In this document: positions 37,757-50,950 of the stretch, one piece after another
How the letters are laid out: every line of letters starts with the position of its first letter
How positions within the stretch are numbered: the stretch's first letter is position 1
DNA from: Chara braunii
Lineage: Eukaryota; Plantae; Charophyceae
Length of the DNA: 63,960 bases
Reading direction: 5' to 3'
Assembly (NCBI GenBank): GCA_003427395.1
Contig: BFEA01000016.1
Location: 1,520,324 to 1,584,283, forward strand
Position numbers and translations under genes: made by a program
The notes under the pieces: generated by a model
The model's input: the letters and a program-made list of their open reading frames with translations, nothing else
The model's database searches: none
Told to the model about the DNA's origin: nothing

Positions 37757-39485
37757 CGCCCACCTTATGTGTCGGCCTCGTGATGTCTTGTCTCCAACTC
37801 CCTCCTGAGTCCCCAAACTCCTCACTGCCCGCTGATCAGTCTTGCAAGGGCACACGGCATGGGAGCTCCAACGATGGCAGACAACAGGGTGAGGACATTG
37901 GAACTCCGACGATGGCGAACAACGGGCAGCACGGACGACAACGAGTAGGGACTCGTCACTCGGGAGTGGGCCGGCGTCAACAACGGGCAGGGATTGTGGA
38001 ACAGTGAGGGGAGGCAATGCAAACGGGCGGGAGGCATTGGGCAACGCTTTCAAAATTGGCATTGAATATTCCGCTGGAAGTTGGGAAAGTACATCGAGGC
38101 AGACTTCAAAGGCCTCACTCGAAAGGCCCGATTCGAAGTCGGGAGTAGAGGCTGCGCTAAACCGAAAAAAAAAGGACGCCCCTTCATTCAAACAGGACCC
38201 CAGGTTCTGCTGGCGGGAAATGGGGGAGAACCTGGGGAGAATGGGGGAGAGGGAGGGGGGGGGCGAAAGGAACGGGTGGTACCACGGTTACCCAGTGGGA
38301 GCTTGCACCCGCCCGTACCCACCTATTTCTGATTTCGCCAACGGTAACTGCCCATACCCGTATTTTTTTTTTTTTCTGGCCGCCCATACCCGGTTTTTTT
38401 TTTCCGCCCCTAAGCCTACCTGCCCCTACCCACCCATGATATCCAAAAAGGGCAACTGTGCCCGCCCTAACAAACCCCACCTTTGCTTTGTGCCTGCCCG
38501 TGCCCAACTACCCCTTCGGAAGGGGTACCCATACCCGCTCGTAACCTGTCGGCTACAGTTGGGTACAGTCGGGTATGGGCAACGGTTACCCGTTTGCCAC
38601 CTTTGATCGGCCGAGAGATCCGTTTTCTAGCCCTGTCCATCTCCTCTCTTCTTCGCCATCTCTTGTTCTTGTCACACACATACCTGGCGACACCCCCGTC
38701 CCGATTCATCCTTCCTCACTTCCTTTGTTGTTTTTACTTTTTTTTTTTTCTCCTCGCGCCCGTCCCCTTCGCTGCTTCTCCTCCGGCCCACTGTTCCAGC
38801 TATTGCCTTTCACCTTCTCCTACCCCGTTTGTACCTGGTCGTGGAACCGCGTCGGGTTCAGTCGGGTTTTCTCCTTCTCTTGGAGGCTTATCCAGTGCCA
38901 GCGCCGACAACGCAGCGCCCGCTGTTCGCTGCCTCATTTCACAGGCTTAACACCCGATGCTTGCTTGCGCTATTGTTCCCCCCGTAGACTGCTTAGCACT
39001 GCTCGGTCCGATTAATCGCCTGTCTCAGCAACTAGCCCCATCTTAGCAACTAGGCGACAGAGTTCTGCCATTGGTTTCCTTCTTTCTTCACCCGTCTCAG
39101 CAACTAGCTCCGTCGCCTCTTCGACGTTCCGGCTGCGCTCGAATGTGACCGGGCTCTACCGATGAGTAATATAGCCGCCCGACCAGCCTCAACCCTTTTC
39201 ACCATAGCCCCTCTCTTCAAATGAATCTAGCGCGAAAACGCGCCCAAATTTATTTCATCCGTCAATCCCGACTTCTCTCCGCTGCTGCCCGTCGCTCCCT
39301 GCCTTACCTCATCGTCCTAGCGCCTGTGAACGACCAAAAAAACGTGGTGCGTTCAACTGGTCAGGCAACTTTGCAGGATGCTTCTGGCGAGGCTAGCTAC
39401 GATCGGTTCGATTAGTCTTTTGCCCCTATACCCTATTCCGACGAACGAAACTCCTCGGCGGCTAGCACTACCTCCGTTCTGACGT

Positions 39486-42400
39486 TGTCGAGCGCATCGG
39501 TCCGACACCGCACCAGGGCAGCGTGGGACCCTCCCGGCCGCGTCACGCAGGAGTTGGAATTAAATCCTTCGTCGCAAAAATATATGGAGCTTTCGCAAGC
39601 CGCTGAGGCTGAGTGCGCAAGCCATACCTCTCGCGAGCCCCTACGACAGGGATAGGGCCTACGCGAGGCACATCTTACCTCCACCTTACGGGAGTTGTCA
39701 CCTCCCTTCGGTGGGCGTATCCCTGCCGAGCTACCAGTCCATAGTACCAGAGCTAATCAGTTGCAGTCGCAGAGGTGGACCAGCCGAAGGTGTTTTCTCG
39801 TTCGCTGTAGCATAGGGGGTACGCACGGTAGTACGCCTCTATCGAACCCGCACACGAACCGGCATCTTGGGGGGTTGAGGTCCCAAACGCGGTTCGTCGC
39901 CGGTCGACTAGGACGCATATCACACACCACACGCACACCACTCTAACAACCGCAAGACAACAACACACACATACACACGCATACGAAACGACACAACCCA
40001 AACAACGCGACAACGCTCCTAGCCCCTCGGTAGCCAACCCATAACTTTCCGACGCGGAAATCGAATAGGCGTCACACGCGAGACTTAGTATAAAACCGCG
40101 CGGACGGAGGGCCTACTCATATCGTCTAGCAATGCAAACGTACGCAAGCAGTCACAATGATGTCGTACTATGTAGTACCCATACTCATGCGGTCCTCGTT
40201 AATCTCGAGGGTCGCATCCGACACTCAAGTGTCGGCTAACATGCGCCTTGAGGGTTAATCTCTCGACGTTGGACAGCCGCCTTGCGCGGTTGAAGACCAC
40301 ATACCCTCTTCTGCACTCTGTGCACAGTGGGTAGTACACAGGTCCATACCTTGGGTGACAGTCGTTTCCTGCGGCTCTGTGATGAGTCTCACTCCAGGCC
40401 TGGGCGAAAGTCAAGGGGTTTGACTTTGACGGCTGTCACGGACTACAACGTCCAACCATACAACTCTAAAAAGCAAAGGTAAAATGAGAATCCCTCTTTT
40501 CTCTCAAGACNTNACCTGGTGAACCCTTATGCCTAATTACAGTAGGCCTCTCAAANACCCAAGACACNTATAAATATATGAGGGTTAATTATATAGGACG
40601 ANCACTTNTCACAATCCCAGTGAGGCTCCTCTCAACCATGTATACATGTAATCGCAGGCAATCATATCTAGAGCCCGATCCACAAACGCACCTGCAATCA
40701 CATCAAAGATTCGAACAAANGTCCACGCACTACACGGGGTCAACTTCAACCATTCCTTGCACTCATACTCCTTGCTTTAGCCATACAAACCTCACTCTTG
40801 TGCAACTCCCCAAAATAACTACTCAGTACTTTAACTNAATGNCCATNNAATAAAGTNCGGGTGAAAANACAATGAANCAGTTCAAANCACAGGGCTAAAG
40901 CCTTTAGGTTGAGTGGCAANAGTGGATTGGAGTTGAATCGCAAACCGACGAATCGNCAACCGACCTGTTATCAGTGATAACAGAAGATGATCCTCAAGGG
41001 ATCAAGCTGAATCTAGTCCTGAACTTGAATAAAACGATCAAGAGGACCTGTAACACATGACAGGTCAATGCCCCAGGCTAAACCTATAAGCTCATGGAGA
41101 ATAACCTCCATATCACAATCTCACAAAAATCCTCTTAGTTAATTACATCTAACCCTACCCCTAATCGCGTGTCCAAAGAAAGGTAGACTCATAGCAGAAT
41201 CTCTCCTATTTAGAGTAGACTATCAAAATCTCCACCTGTCAAAATGTAATCTGTGGACTACCAGAATCGACACCTGTCAAAATATAATCTATCTCCTTTA
41301 AACTAAGAAACTTTCAGCAGCGCTTCCCGTAGAAAAAGTGTTTTTCCAATTTATATAAGTCCAAATATGAAAGCAGAAATAATCTTCAACTCTTGGAAAG
41401 TCAAATTCTGTCTAACTCCCTGAATTAGTAAAAATTTAGACATCACTCCCTTTAGAAAGAGAGACTTCCATGATTTATACTACGTTAGATATGAACTCAA
41501 AAGACAACTTGAGTTTAACTTAGACAAGATTTAACTAACTCCTTATTTTTGCAGAAATTTCGGCAGCACTCCCTTTAGAAAAGCGCTTTCCCAAAATTTA
41601 CACAAAGCTAAGTCCAAGATTTGAAAAGAACTTTGACTTCTCAAAGTCCAATTTTGTCTAACTCCCTGAATAAGCAAAAATTTGGGCAGCACTCCCTGTA
41701 GAAAATGATACTTTTCAGATTTTTACTAGGTCAGATATAAAGAAAAGACAAGTTGAACTTTGACAAGTCAAAAATTGACTAACTCCTTGGATTTGTAGAA
41801 ATTTCGGCAGCGCTTCCCGTAGAGAAAGTAGCTTACCCTGATTTATACAAAACCAAGTACAAAAAATGATCCAAGAAAATGCGACAATTGACCTAAGTAA
41901 AAAAAAACTATCACAGAAAATGCAGGAATTGAAACTAACTCCTATGGCTCTAGCACACGGCGAGCAGCTACAGCAACTACCTATCAAACTGGAACTCGGA
42001 TAAGTAGTGATCTCACTCAGCCACATGCAAGCCAGATCTTAAAGGTAAGTACTCTCACCATCCCAAAGTATACCTGAACAAACAATAGTTCATGATCTTT
42101 CAATGATTTAATCCCTTATACCCAACTTACATAAGGCGTAAAGGCAGGTCACCNAAACTTATGGAATGCGNCCAACTTAGCCACTGAATATACAAAAAAN
42201 AGAGGGCACAACTACTTTTCTCTTCTTTGGGCATATGACTAGACCACTCNAGTCGCNCTGAACTGNTTAAAGTATCCAGGTTATATATANCTNTCTTCTN
42301 CTTCGTCTTCNAAGNCTGCATATGACTGAACTCAGNCTGCCCCAACTTACNATCGATNTTATTCTTAATTATACTCTCTTCAAGTTGTGATACGGCTATA

Positions 42401-45400
42401 GTCAGACCACCTAAACTTATAGAACAGTCTAATTAACTCGTTCTTAGATAAGATAGTAATAAGATATAGCCAAGTTATAACCATTGGGTTCCAGCATGTG
42501 TGAGGCTTTGAGCCAGACCCCCTGAACTTACATAAGGATCTAACTCTCTTCCAAATTCGTTTCTATCTGAGCCATCATGTGCGTGACATTGAGTCAGACC
42601 CCCTGAACTTACAGGAGGGTCTGACTCTTTGCCAATATTATTTCTTCAGAATAAAGAGTAGGTAGAGACTGAGTCACCTGAACTTACAGAACAACTCGGT
42701 CTCCGTGTTCAGAAACCAGAGAAACAAGTAAAACCCCAATGAAAACAAGGCAACCCAAGGCACCAAAACTTATTGAGCGCCCCGAGTCCCTGAAAATCAA
42801 GCACAATCAAACCCCTCACATGTCAGAGCAGCCAGACCACCTGAACTTACAGAAAAGTCTGACCCTCCATGCAAACCATATCACTGGGTCTCCCCAAACT
42901 TATGGGGACATCCCAACCTTCAGAGTAATCAGACCCGCTACACTTATAGAAGGGTCTGACTTCTCCATGCAAAAACATAATAAAACAAAGCGCTGGGGTT
43001 CCCCAAACTTATGAGGACTCCCCAGCCTTAACGACCCGGTCAATCATCATACAAATCCTCTCATCATTATGCCCTTCCCTGATGAAGTTCTTTTCAACAG
43101 TCTGACTTCATGCAACCAACAAAGTTGAAACTGAGACCTGAGCAGACATTCCTTTACTTAGTATTGTTCAGTGTCCTGAAAGTCAAACGAAGAAACAGAG
43201 TAGGGTTGCACCTCATATATTCAGTCAGCGATGCAATAGGCGATACAGATAGGGGTTATACCTGGGTTTATAGAGAGGAAGCAATGGTTACCTTTCAGTT
43301 CCCTGCCTCCAGAGCCTCGCCTAGGCTCCGGCAGAACTCCCGCAATCGGTGGGTGGACTCCCCACAGAGTCTTGATGCGGTCCTACGGGTTGCAATCCCG
43401 CCTGCCGCCTTCCTCTCAGAGCCAACAGACTAGACTTAGAGTAAGAAAGACAGAAGGAGAGGTATTTGGTCTCTCAGATACAAGGAGGGTACGCTCAGAC
43501 TCGCGAGAAAGGGCCTCGTTATCTTGGTGCGCCTCAGGGCCCCGCAATAGTAGCCACGGTGCGCCGTAGTCTGGTCAAACCGAAGCCAACCTTCAACCGT
43601 TTGGCTTTATGACGACCTTTCAGTTCGTAGTGATACCTCCATCTTGAGAGCCGCAGCCTCTCCACAGCGCCTGCAACACTAAGTACAATGGCCACCGGCA
43701 AATGCACGAGCTCGTGACCTGCTATCGACTACTCCCGTCAGCTAGCAGCACAACGCATCGGCCATCAACATCACCTCCGGTCCTTGGCTCGCATGCAACC
43801 AGTCGAAGAGGTAAATGGGCCCCTGGTTATCAGGCAACTGGGCCCTTACATCAACCATTAGGCCGCTTACTACCCCACAGTATGTCCCTCACTGCTTCAC
43901 ACGTCCGGGTGCGGTGCACACCGGCTGGGCTGGTAAGTCTTCCAAACCCATGGAGCAGCCCGAATGGCCGAATGGACGACCGAGTGTGCGCTGACCGCAG
44001 AATCCAGCAGAGTCTGTTGCACTCGAGCATGCGAGTAGCCAAGGTTTACCCCAGGAGGTCACAACCAATGAAACAAGGGTAAGCCCAACCTTCATCCCTC
44101 CTCTCCTGCTTCTGCCTTCGGCCCCAAACAATGAGTAGAGTAGCACTGCCGCCCATAAGCAGTCTTCAACCCTGTCCCCCGCTTCCTGCTATTCTGTGCA
44201 CCGAAACAAAATGACACTCTGGCCAACAGGAAGGTCCCTAGCCCGTAGTCACTCCCCCACTACCCGTCCGAATCAGGCATACCAGACTGGGAGGGATCGT
44301 CCATCCACAGTGGTCACACACATCGCCCCGCTCCTTCGCTGACCCACGCAGTCGTGCTCTCTCGTTCAGGCGGACCAATGGAGGAGGGCGTAATGCCCAA
44401 CAACGCGGCCACACTGACGGGCGTAACCGGGACCACGACTGTGGCAGCAAGTGGTTGCCTACGGGGAGATGGCGGAAAGGCAACCGTGATGCCGATCAAC
44501 CCCACTCCCCGCCTCGAACAACTCCAACGGGCACGCACCGGCCGAATCAGGTAAGCTCCCGACCGTGCGGCCCGCTCTCTGCCGTCTCTCCTTGCCTCTA
44601 GGCCAGCCCTCCCTATAGGTAAGCAGCCCCGACTCCCTCGCCCCTCTGACGCAGCTGGTCAGACGGCCCCGGCCAGGCAGGTAATCTCTCCCTCTCTCCT
44701 AATGGCTTTCCTCCACTCAAAGTGTCTGACTGCTTCTCTAGGTCTGGCTAGGCATGGCCCCAACTCCCAGGTAAGCTTTCCTCCTCAGTCCCTACCTGCA
44801 ATGCTCTTAGGAAGAGGCGAATGAATCTCCTCCTAAACACGGGCAGGTTCATTCCCATTTTTCACAGCCCCCTCCCGGCGCAGCTCCTCTACTAACAATC
44901 TCAAAAACTAACTACTAAACTATAAATCTAACACTACCATTGAATTCGCCTTATTCCCAAACCCCAATTTTGCATCTTCCCCCGCTCGTTTTCGTCAAGA
45001 GACAAGCGGGTTACCCATTTCCTCCTTTGCCATCTTCGCTGTCCGCCATAGCTCCGCGGACCCCCTTTTTCAACTAACTCCACTTATACTAGTCTAACCT
45101 CAAAACTAACCACATCTTTGAATTCGCCTACCTCACAGACATTAATCTACCAACTTCTTTCACTCGATTCCATTAGGAATGGAGTGAAATCTCGATTTTT
45201 CACTCCTTACCTTCTCTCCTCCCTGCCATAGCCCGGCGCACAGTATTTTCTAACTACCTCCCAATCTACTAACTCTTCTACTAATCTGACTTCATATTCG
45301 AACTCGCCGGAGCCGAAAACCCCCACGTAGAATCGAGTGAGTTCCACAGCCTTAGTTCCCCCATAGCTTCCTTTCTTCGAATGAATCCGGCGCAGAAACG

Positions 45401-48092
45401 CGCCCGGATTCATTCCCTTCCTTCTTCCCTCCTGCTCAGTCTCTTCCCCGCTGCACCTGCATCCGTCCCAGCGCCTCTCCGTAACCGCCCGCCTGTCTCA
45501 GCTTTCCCCTGCTGCCTATCGCCAGTCGCCCCCTCGCCCGCTAGTGCTCCGCTAGTGCTCCTCTAGTGCCCCGCTAGTGCTCGCCTTTGCCACCTCCCGA
45601 CATAGCCTGCGGCTCTCTGCATGTACCGGGCGCAACACCTCATCCAAGTTCGACCTCTTCTCGGTTTGCCTTGCCTTAGTGCCCGTCACTCCGAGCTTGC
45701 TGCCCGGCCTCAGCCCCCTCTACTTACGAATGCACCTACCGCGACCACCCTGCCCAGGTGCATCCTCCCCCATCGCTGTTCGCCCCGTCGCCACCTCCAC
45801 CCGGATGTCCCCTCTGCTAACACAGCACTTCGACAACAGTCGGCCCGATAGTGACGAGCTCCGACCGTTGAGTCGGAGGGACGAACGAGTCAAAGTAGAC
45901 TCCGCGCGGCCCTCCCCTGATTTATGCCTGTCGGGCTTGTGCTGGGGCCGAGCTAAACTTCTCCATATCATTCCAATTTCAACAGATGTTCCGAAGGACC
46001 TTCCACAGCAGCTGGCGCCTCACGGCGGCCCCAAAGGCCGCTCTCTTTCCTCGTCACCCCCGGACCTACAAATATCACCCCCACGTCGTGGCCAAGCTGG
46101 CCACGCCAACTCCCTCGGGTGTCCCGAAGGACAAACGCCTGGGCCGCGGAACGGTCGGCCCCGGCCTCCAGTCCCAACTCCTAAATTCGAACGCAGGTCT
46201 GTATTTCCACTGCTAATGGGAGTACCCACTGAGCTAGGCTAGTAGATCCCGCTACACCTTCGACACTGCGGCGCAGCCGCATACGAAGTTCGTACTCGCA
46301 CTTCCAGCAACCCTCCAAGTACCACACGCCCTACGCAACTCCCTCGCCGCTCATGCATCTCGGAACGGGACGCGATAGCAGGAGGGCTAAAAGTAATAAG
46401 GCAAAGGGAAAAATAAAATAGTATAAAATAAGAGTAACGTCGGGGCCCCGTGGGACTGCTGGCACCTTGCCAAACCCGCGAACCGGGTCCGCCGGCCAGG
46501 CCACCAACAAAACCTGAGGGGGATAGCCCCATCGGGCCCTCAACCCCTCGGGTTTCTTCACGCCGCTCTACTACTGCCGCGCCGGCGCCCGCTGGTCTCG
46601 ATCCCCAAACCTCCGTATCACCAACCCAATATCGTAACCTATAGGCCTAAGCCCAAACATGAGACAAGCACCCGCTGAGTACCACACATGGGAGTGCGGC
46701 GCGGCGCTTTGGGATGACAGACCGGCTGCGCGGCTCCCGATGCCCGCGCCGGCCTGCTTATACCATGCCATAATTGCCCCGCGTGCCATCCTACGACACC
46801 CTGCTCACCACACGAAGTCTCGCCGTCGTTGTCGATGCCGCCGCCGAGGTCGTTTTCCGCACGCGCATTCGACTCGGTCAAACGTAGCTGTCAACAGAAA
46901 ATGTCCCCTAGATCCTAGTTTAATCCGGAGTAACAAAAAATAAAAACTTAAGGATAAAAATAAAAATAACAGACCGGCGTTCGCGCCGGTTTGGTAATCA
47001 GCATCAGGGGATGAATCATGCGCGCCTTAAACCTGCGCGCCCACTCACTCTTTACTCTAGTCAAGCATCCAATCAACGTAACCACAAACACAGCCGCGCC
47101 TAGCGTGGTATACTTAAACTTTTAAACCAAAACTATTTTCTGTCGCTTGCAAAAATGTGGGCGGATTCCCTTGTAAGGGTATTCTCGCCGACAACTTACC
47201 GGACCATATTAAGCGACGTCCCCGTCGCTTCGCCAAATCAGAGGCTATAAATCCATCCACACTTGATATCCTGACGAAAAGAAGGTGTCAATCCGATTAG
47301 CCGACAAACACAGGGTAGAGGCCTCCATCAAACTATGCCTTCATAAGTTCCAAAGACCTTCCCAAATCGTCCTCTCCCCGGTCCTAGACAACCTTCGGCT
47401 TCTCGTTGGGTGTCCCTAGTCCTGACAAAAACTAGGGACGAGGGCCTTAATTGAAACCTTTGAAGACACTCTCGCCTTCCTCCTCAAAAATCTCTCGCAA
47501 TCAAATACCCATAAGCATATACGTATACTAAATAATCGCTCAACTCTTTCTGCAGTCTAGTACAGAAAGGCTAGGTCTCTATCTTGGCTCACCATAGCCG
47601 AGCTGATCGGACCAGGACTACGGCCCACCGCATTGTTATTTAACGGCAGTGCCCCTCGTTGGTTCCGCAACGATAGGTTTTTCTCCCTATAAGCATTCAA
47701 TCAGGATTCTTCAAAAATTCTCAATCATCACTATCACACGGAGTAATTTCCCTGGGGCTGGCAACTCCCCTTAAACTCTTACCCCGCGGTCCCGCAGCCA
47801 AGTTGCGCCGACTAGCAGCCATCCAATGGGGTTACGTCCTAGAGGTACTAACTTTTTACCGTTAGCTTGGTCTTCCTCAATATGTCCCAGAACTAGCACA
47901 AGTGGTTAGACGGAGCGTCGCAAAACAAAATCACAGGCCCACTGCGTGATTACGTAGGGGTCTGAAGGCATTTACCAGCCCTTCCACAATAAGCATGACA
48001 TCCTTCGCACGCTCACAAACAAAATCACCGCTAGGTCCACAAGGCCGTAACCCCTGACTTGATCAGAGCCAGCAACCACTCATCCTGAGACA
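39486..48092 (-). repeat. 3' LTR of element B (about 8.6 kb by PPT placement)
   Basis: TGTC...GACA termini. Minus-strand PPT AGGGCGAGAGA (48103-48093) abuts TGTCTCAG. Only the first 5 kb is confirmed by the second LTR. Confidence 0.6.
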
Positions 48093-48231
48093 TCTCTCGC
48101 CCTGCACTCAATGCGACTTTCTCAAACATTTCAAGCAAAACTCACAATTTTTTCGTCAGACTTTATCACTCATCAGACAACTCACCATGCCATAGATCAG
48201 TTTACTCACCTTTGAAGGTGAGTCTTCCAAC

Positions 48232-48471
48232 AACAAAAACATCCCCTTTTCCAAAAATCCAAGGGACTCTCATCATAAAACAAAACACCCCCTCTTCCAA
48301 AAATCACGAGGGGTCTCGTCACAGAACAAAACACCCCCTCTTCCAAAAATCACGAGGGGTCTCACCACTAAACAAAACACTCCCTCTTCCAAAAATCACG
48401 AGGGGCCTCATCATAAAATCAAACTTCCCCTCCTCAAAAAATTTGAGAGACCATCTTATGGGTCCTCGTCA
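48232..48471. repeat. About 46-bp tandem repeat upstream of the PPT
   Basis: aaaacaccccctcttccaaaaatcacgaggggtctc, 5 units. Confidence 0.88.
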
Positions 48472-49547
48472 CAACTTAAGCAATCAACAACCGGCATGGT
48501 GAAACACCCGAGTCTCAAAGACTCGTAAATCTTCTAAAATTCCTCACAACCTTTCACAAACGGACTGCACTTCCTCCCCTTATACTCTGCCCCATCAGCT
48601 GCCCGTGGGCACGTCGCACGAGTATGCCGAGGAGTAGGCAGCTTTATATGTCACACATTCACACATCTCTCACACAAAGTCAACACTCATCATGATAAAA
48701 CCACACAAGTGAGAGTGATAGTGATCGTCACAAAAACCAAACCTCATAAAGTTTCAACTCAATATGTACACGAGGATAAAATGTCTCTCTCAAAAACAAC
48801 ATAGGTACCTAGCCCTCACGTCCCACTCTGCTGAGTAACCCATGTCTCAAACACACGAATACCTTGGAATATACCCAAACATACACAAAGATCCAAATCA
48901 CACAAATTTATCCCAGTTGTACATGCCAACCTATCACACATCTGGGCACAACCATTTAAATCCCACCAACAGAGAAAACAATCGATTCGTCCAGTACTAC
49001 AACCTGCATATGTACAGATGGACAAGGTAGTCGTGACTACACCTGGATATGCACATATCTGGCTCAATTTTTATATACAAAAACTTTGATCCTACCGACG
49101 TATAGGCGAACCAGTCCCCACTCGATCATTGCCCCCTCGTTTCAGCGATACGGTTGAGTTTTACTCCTATCTACAGTCCCAGTTACCTTACCGGACCATT
49201 ATTGTGAAACCTCTCCCCGAATCTAACCTGTACACATACACATGTCAAAACACATGTCTGTCCTGACTTCCACAATATGCAGCTGACCCTTACCAATTAG
49301 TACGGGGTTAGGGTTATGGCACGGTTGACCTGCTACTCCGATTTCCTGATCGGTACATGTACAACAAGACTTTACCGGCACGAATCCAAGGATCTAGGGC
49401 AGACAATTAACAGAGACTTTCAAATTCAGGAGTTAGGACGAATCCCCATTACATCCCATTATACTTTCTCTGCCCTAGTCATCTCATTTATCCTCTCCGC
49501 GCTCTTGATCACCTGACTCACTCAAATGATCATCTCATCCAGCACCA

Positions 49548-50950
49548 TCATGCCCCTTTCTTCTTTGAGCCCCACTTATGGTTTTGTTGTCTCCCGCCTC
49601 GACCTTCGAAGCCTTGCCTGTCATTCCCACGGCTTCTATTGCCGCGTCCACCATCTGCACAGCCCGTATTGCCACGCCCGCCATCTCCACGGCCCCTTCT
49701 AACTGCCGACCTTTGGTCCTTTCCACCTCTCATACTGTCCTGCAAAACTCGCTGAATCGGTGGCCACAACGGTCCGACAGGTTGGATTTGGACTGGCGGG
49801 GGTCCATGAAGCATCATGCTCATCAAAGAGCTTATATAATTACTTTGCGCCCAGAGCATGTAAGGATTATATGCCGATCACAAGATCATTTGGTTACACG
49901 GCGCGCACTGCCCATGCAAAGCTTGTTCGATTGGAGCAGGCCCCCTTGGTCCTGCCTCGCCTTCCAACTCTCGCGGGGTAATTGCTGCCTGCCGCGAACT
50001 CTGCCCTCTTTCGGTACCTTGGCCGCCCTGAGCGAGGTTCCTTGCCTTTCGCTGCGCCTTTGTCAATGTGGGAGGTTCAAGCTTCCCTTTTTCTCCTGTC
50101 ACACCCTGTACCTTACTTCCTCGAGGGGTACAACTAGTCTTTTCCCACCGATCACATACCGCCTCTACCCAGTGCGCTGACCACCACTTATTTTCGGGCC
50201 TCTCCCACCTGCAGCTGAGGATACTTCCTCGTTTGTGGGCCCCCTCTTTGGATCCGGCGCAGTAACAGGCAGGGCCACATTAGGACCCCTCTCCTCCTCT
50301 ACTTCAATGAGTCATTCACCTTCGCCGCTCGCCTGAGCACCGGCTCGCCTCTTTGGGGTTCCTATCGGGAGGGGCGACTCTTGGTCGTCCTTCTCCACTC
50401 CTCCTTCACTCTGGCTAACCGGCTTAATTGGGAAATCTTCTGACGCCTTCCGCTTGCCTTTCCTGGCCTCTTCCAACCGCTCTAACCTCCCTTCTAATAC
50501 TCCCACTTGTCTCTGTAGCCTGCTCAACTCCGCTTGCGATGGTGCGCCCGCAACTAGTGGCACAAAGCATTCCCCACGTTGGTTTTCCATCCCGTCTTCT
50601 GGGAATCTTAGCCTCAAGGACCTCTAGAGCTCATCCCACGTCTTCGCCTCCTGCTTGAGGGCATATAGCTCCTCGCTTAGCTCCTCACAAACGAACAAGG
50701 GGAACATTTACCGCCTCGCCTTCTTGTCCCACTTTTTTATAAGGCAGAAATCCTGAAAATCACGCAGAAAGCTGGACAAGTTCCTTCCTTGGAACAGCAG
50801 GGCGCGCAGACCTGGGGGCATTGACTCCCTCAACACCTCGTGCAGCAACACCTTCATGAGGCATGAGTTTCTCCAAAGCAGGATCCTGGGGAAACCACAC
50901 GCTTCCGCCATCGTGCTGACAGCAGCCTGATACGCAACGCAAGCAGCCAC
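49548..50950 (-). pseudogene. Degenerate gag-like coding region of element B
   Basis: LFQGRNLSSFLRDFQDFCLIKKWDKKAR resembles a retrotransposon capsid N-terminal motif. It is followed by a coiled-coil/NLS-like segment (LQRQVGVLEGRLERLEEARKGKRK) and an RG-rich tail. Multiple stops. Confidence 0.5.

Larger units (their letters stand above)
28632..38605 (-). mobile_element. hAT DNA transposon (about 10 kb including gaps and internal repeats)
   Basis: TIR CAGAGGTGGCAA...TTGCCACCTTTG, 8-bp TSD atcggccg at 28624-28631 and 38606-38613, taccc-rich subterminal repeats at both ends, and a transposase pseudogene. Confidence 0.93.
21844..39485 (-). mobile_element. Long LTR (copy A, solo or 3' LTR) related to 39486-48092, interrupted by the hAT and cut by element B
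   Basis: Begins TGTCGAGCGCAT like 39486 and 53191, with collinear diverged homology. It resumes after the hAT TSD (39200-39250 resembles 45360-45410). No PBS next to 21844. Confidence 0.8.

Noticed and set aside
36071-38191. 706-aa ORF and neighbours
   Set aside because: Spans an N gap, microsatellites and an adapter.
41290-43015. CRISPR-like repeat-spacer array in the LTR
   Set aside because: Repeats are degenerate, spacers are homologous or irregular, the context is eukaryotic and there are no cas genes.
48135-48180. Minus-strand CTGATGA...GACGAAA as a hammerhead
   Set aside because: Stem II is mismatched, and there is no valid NUH site or stem I.
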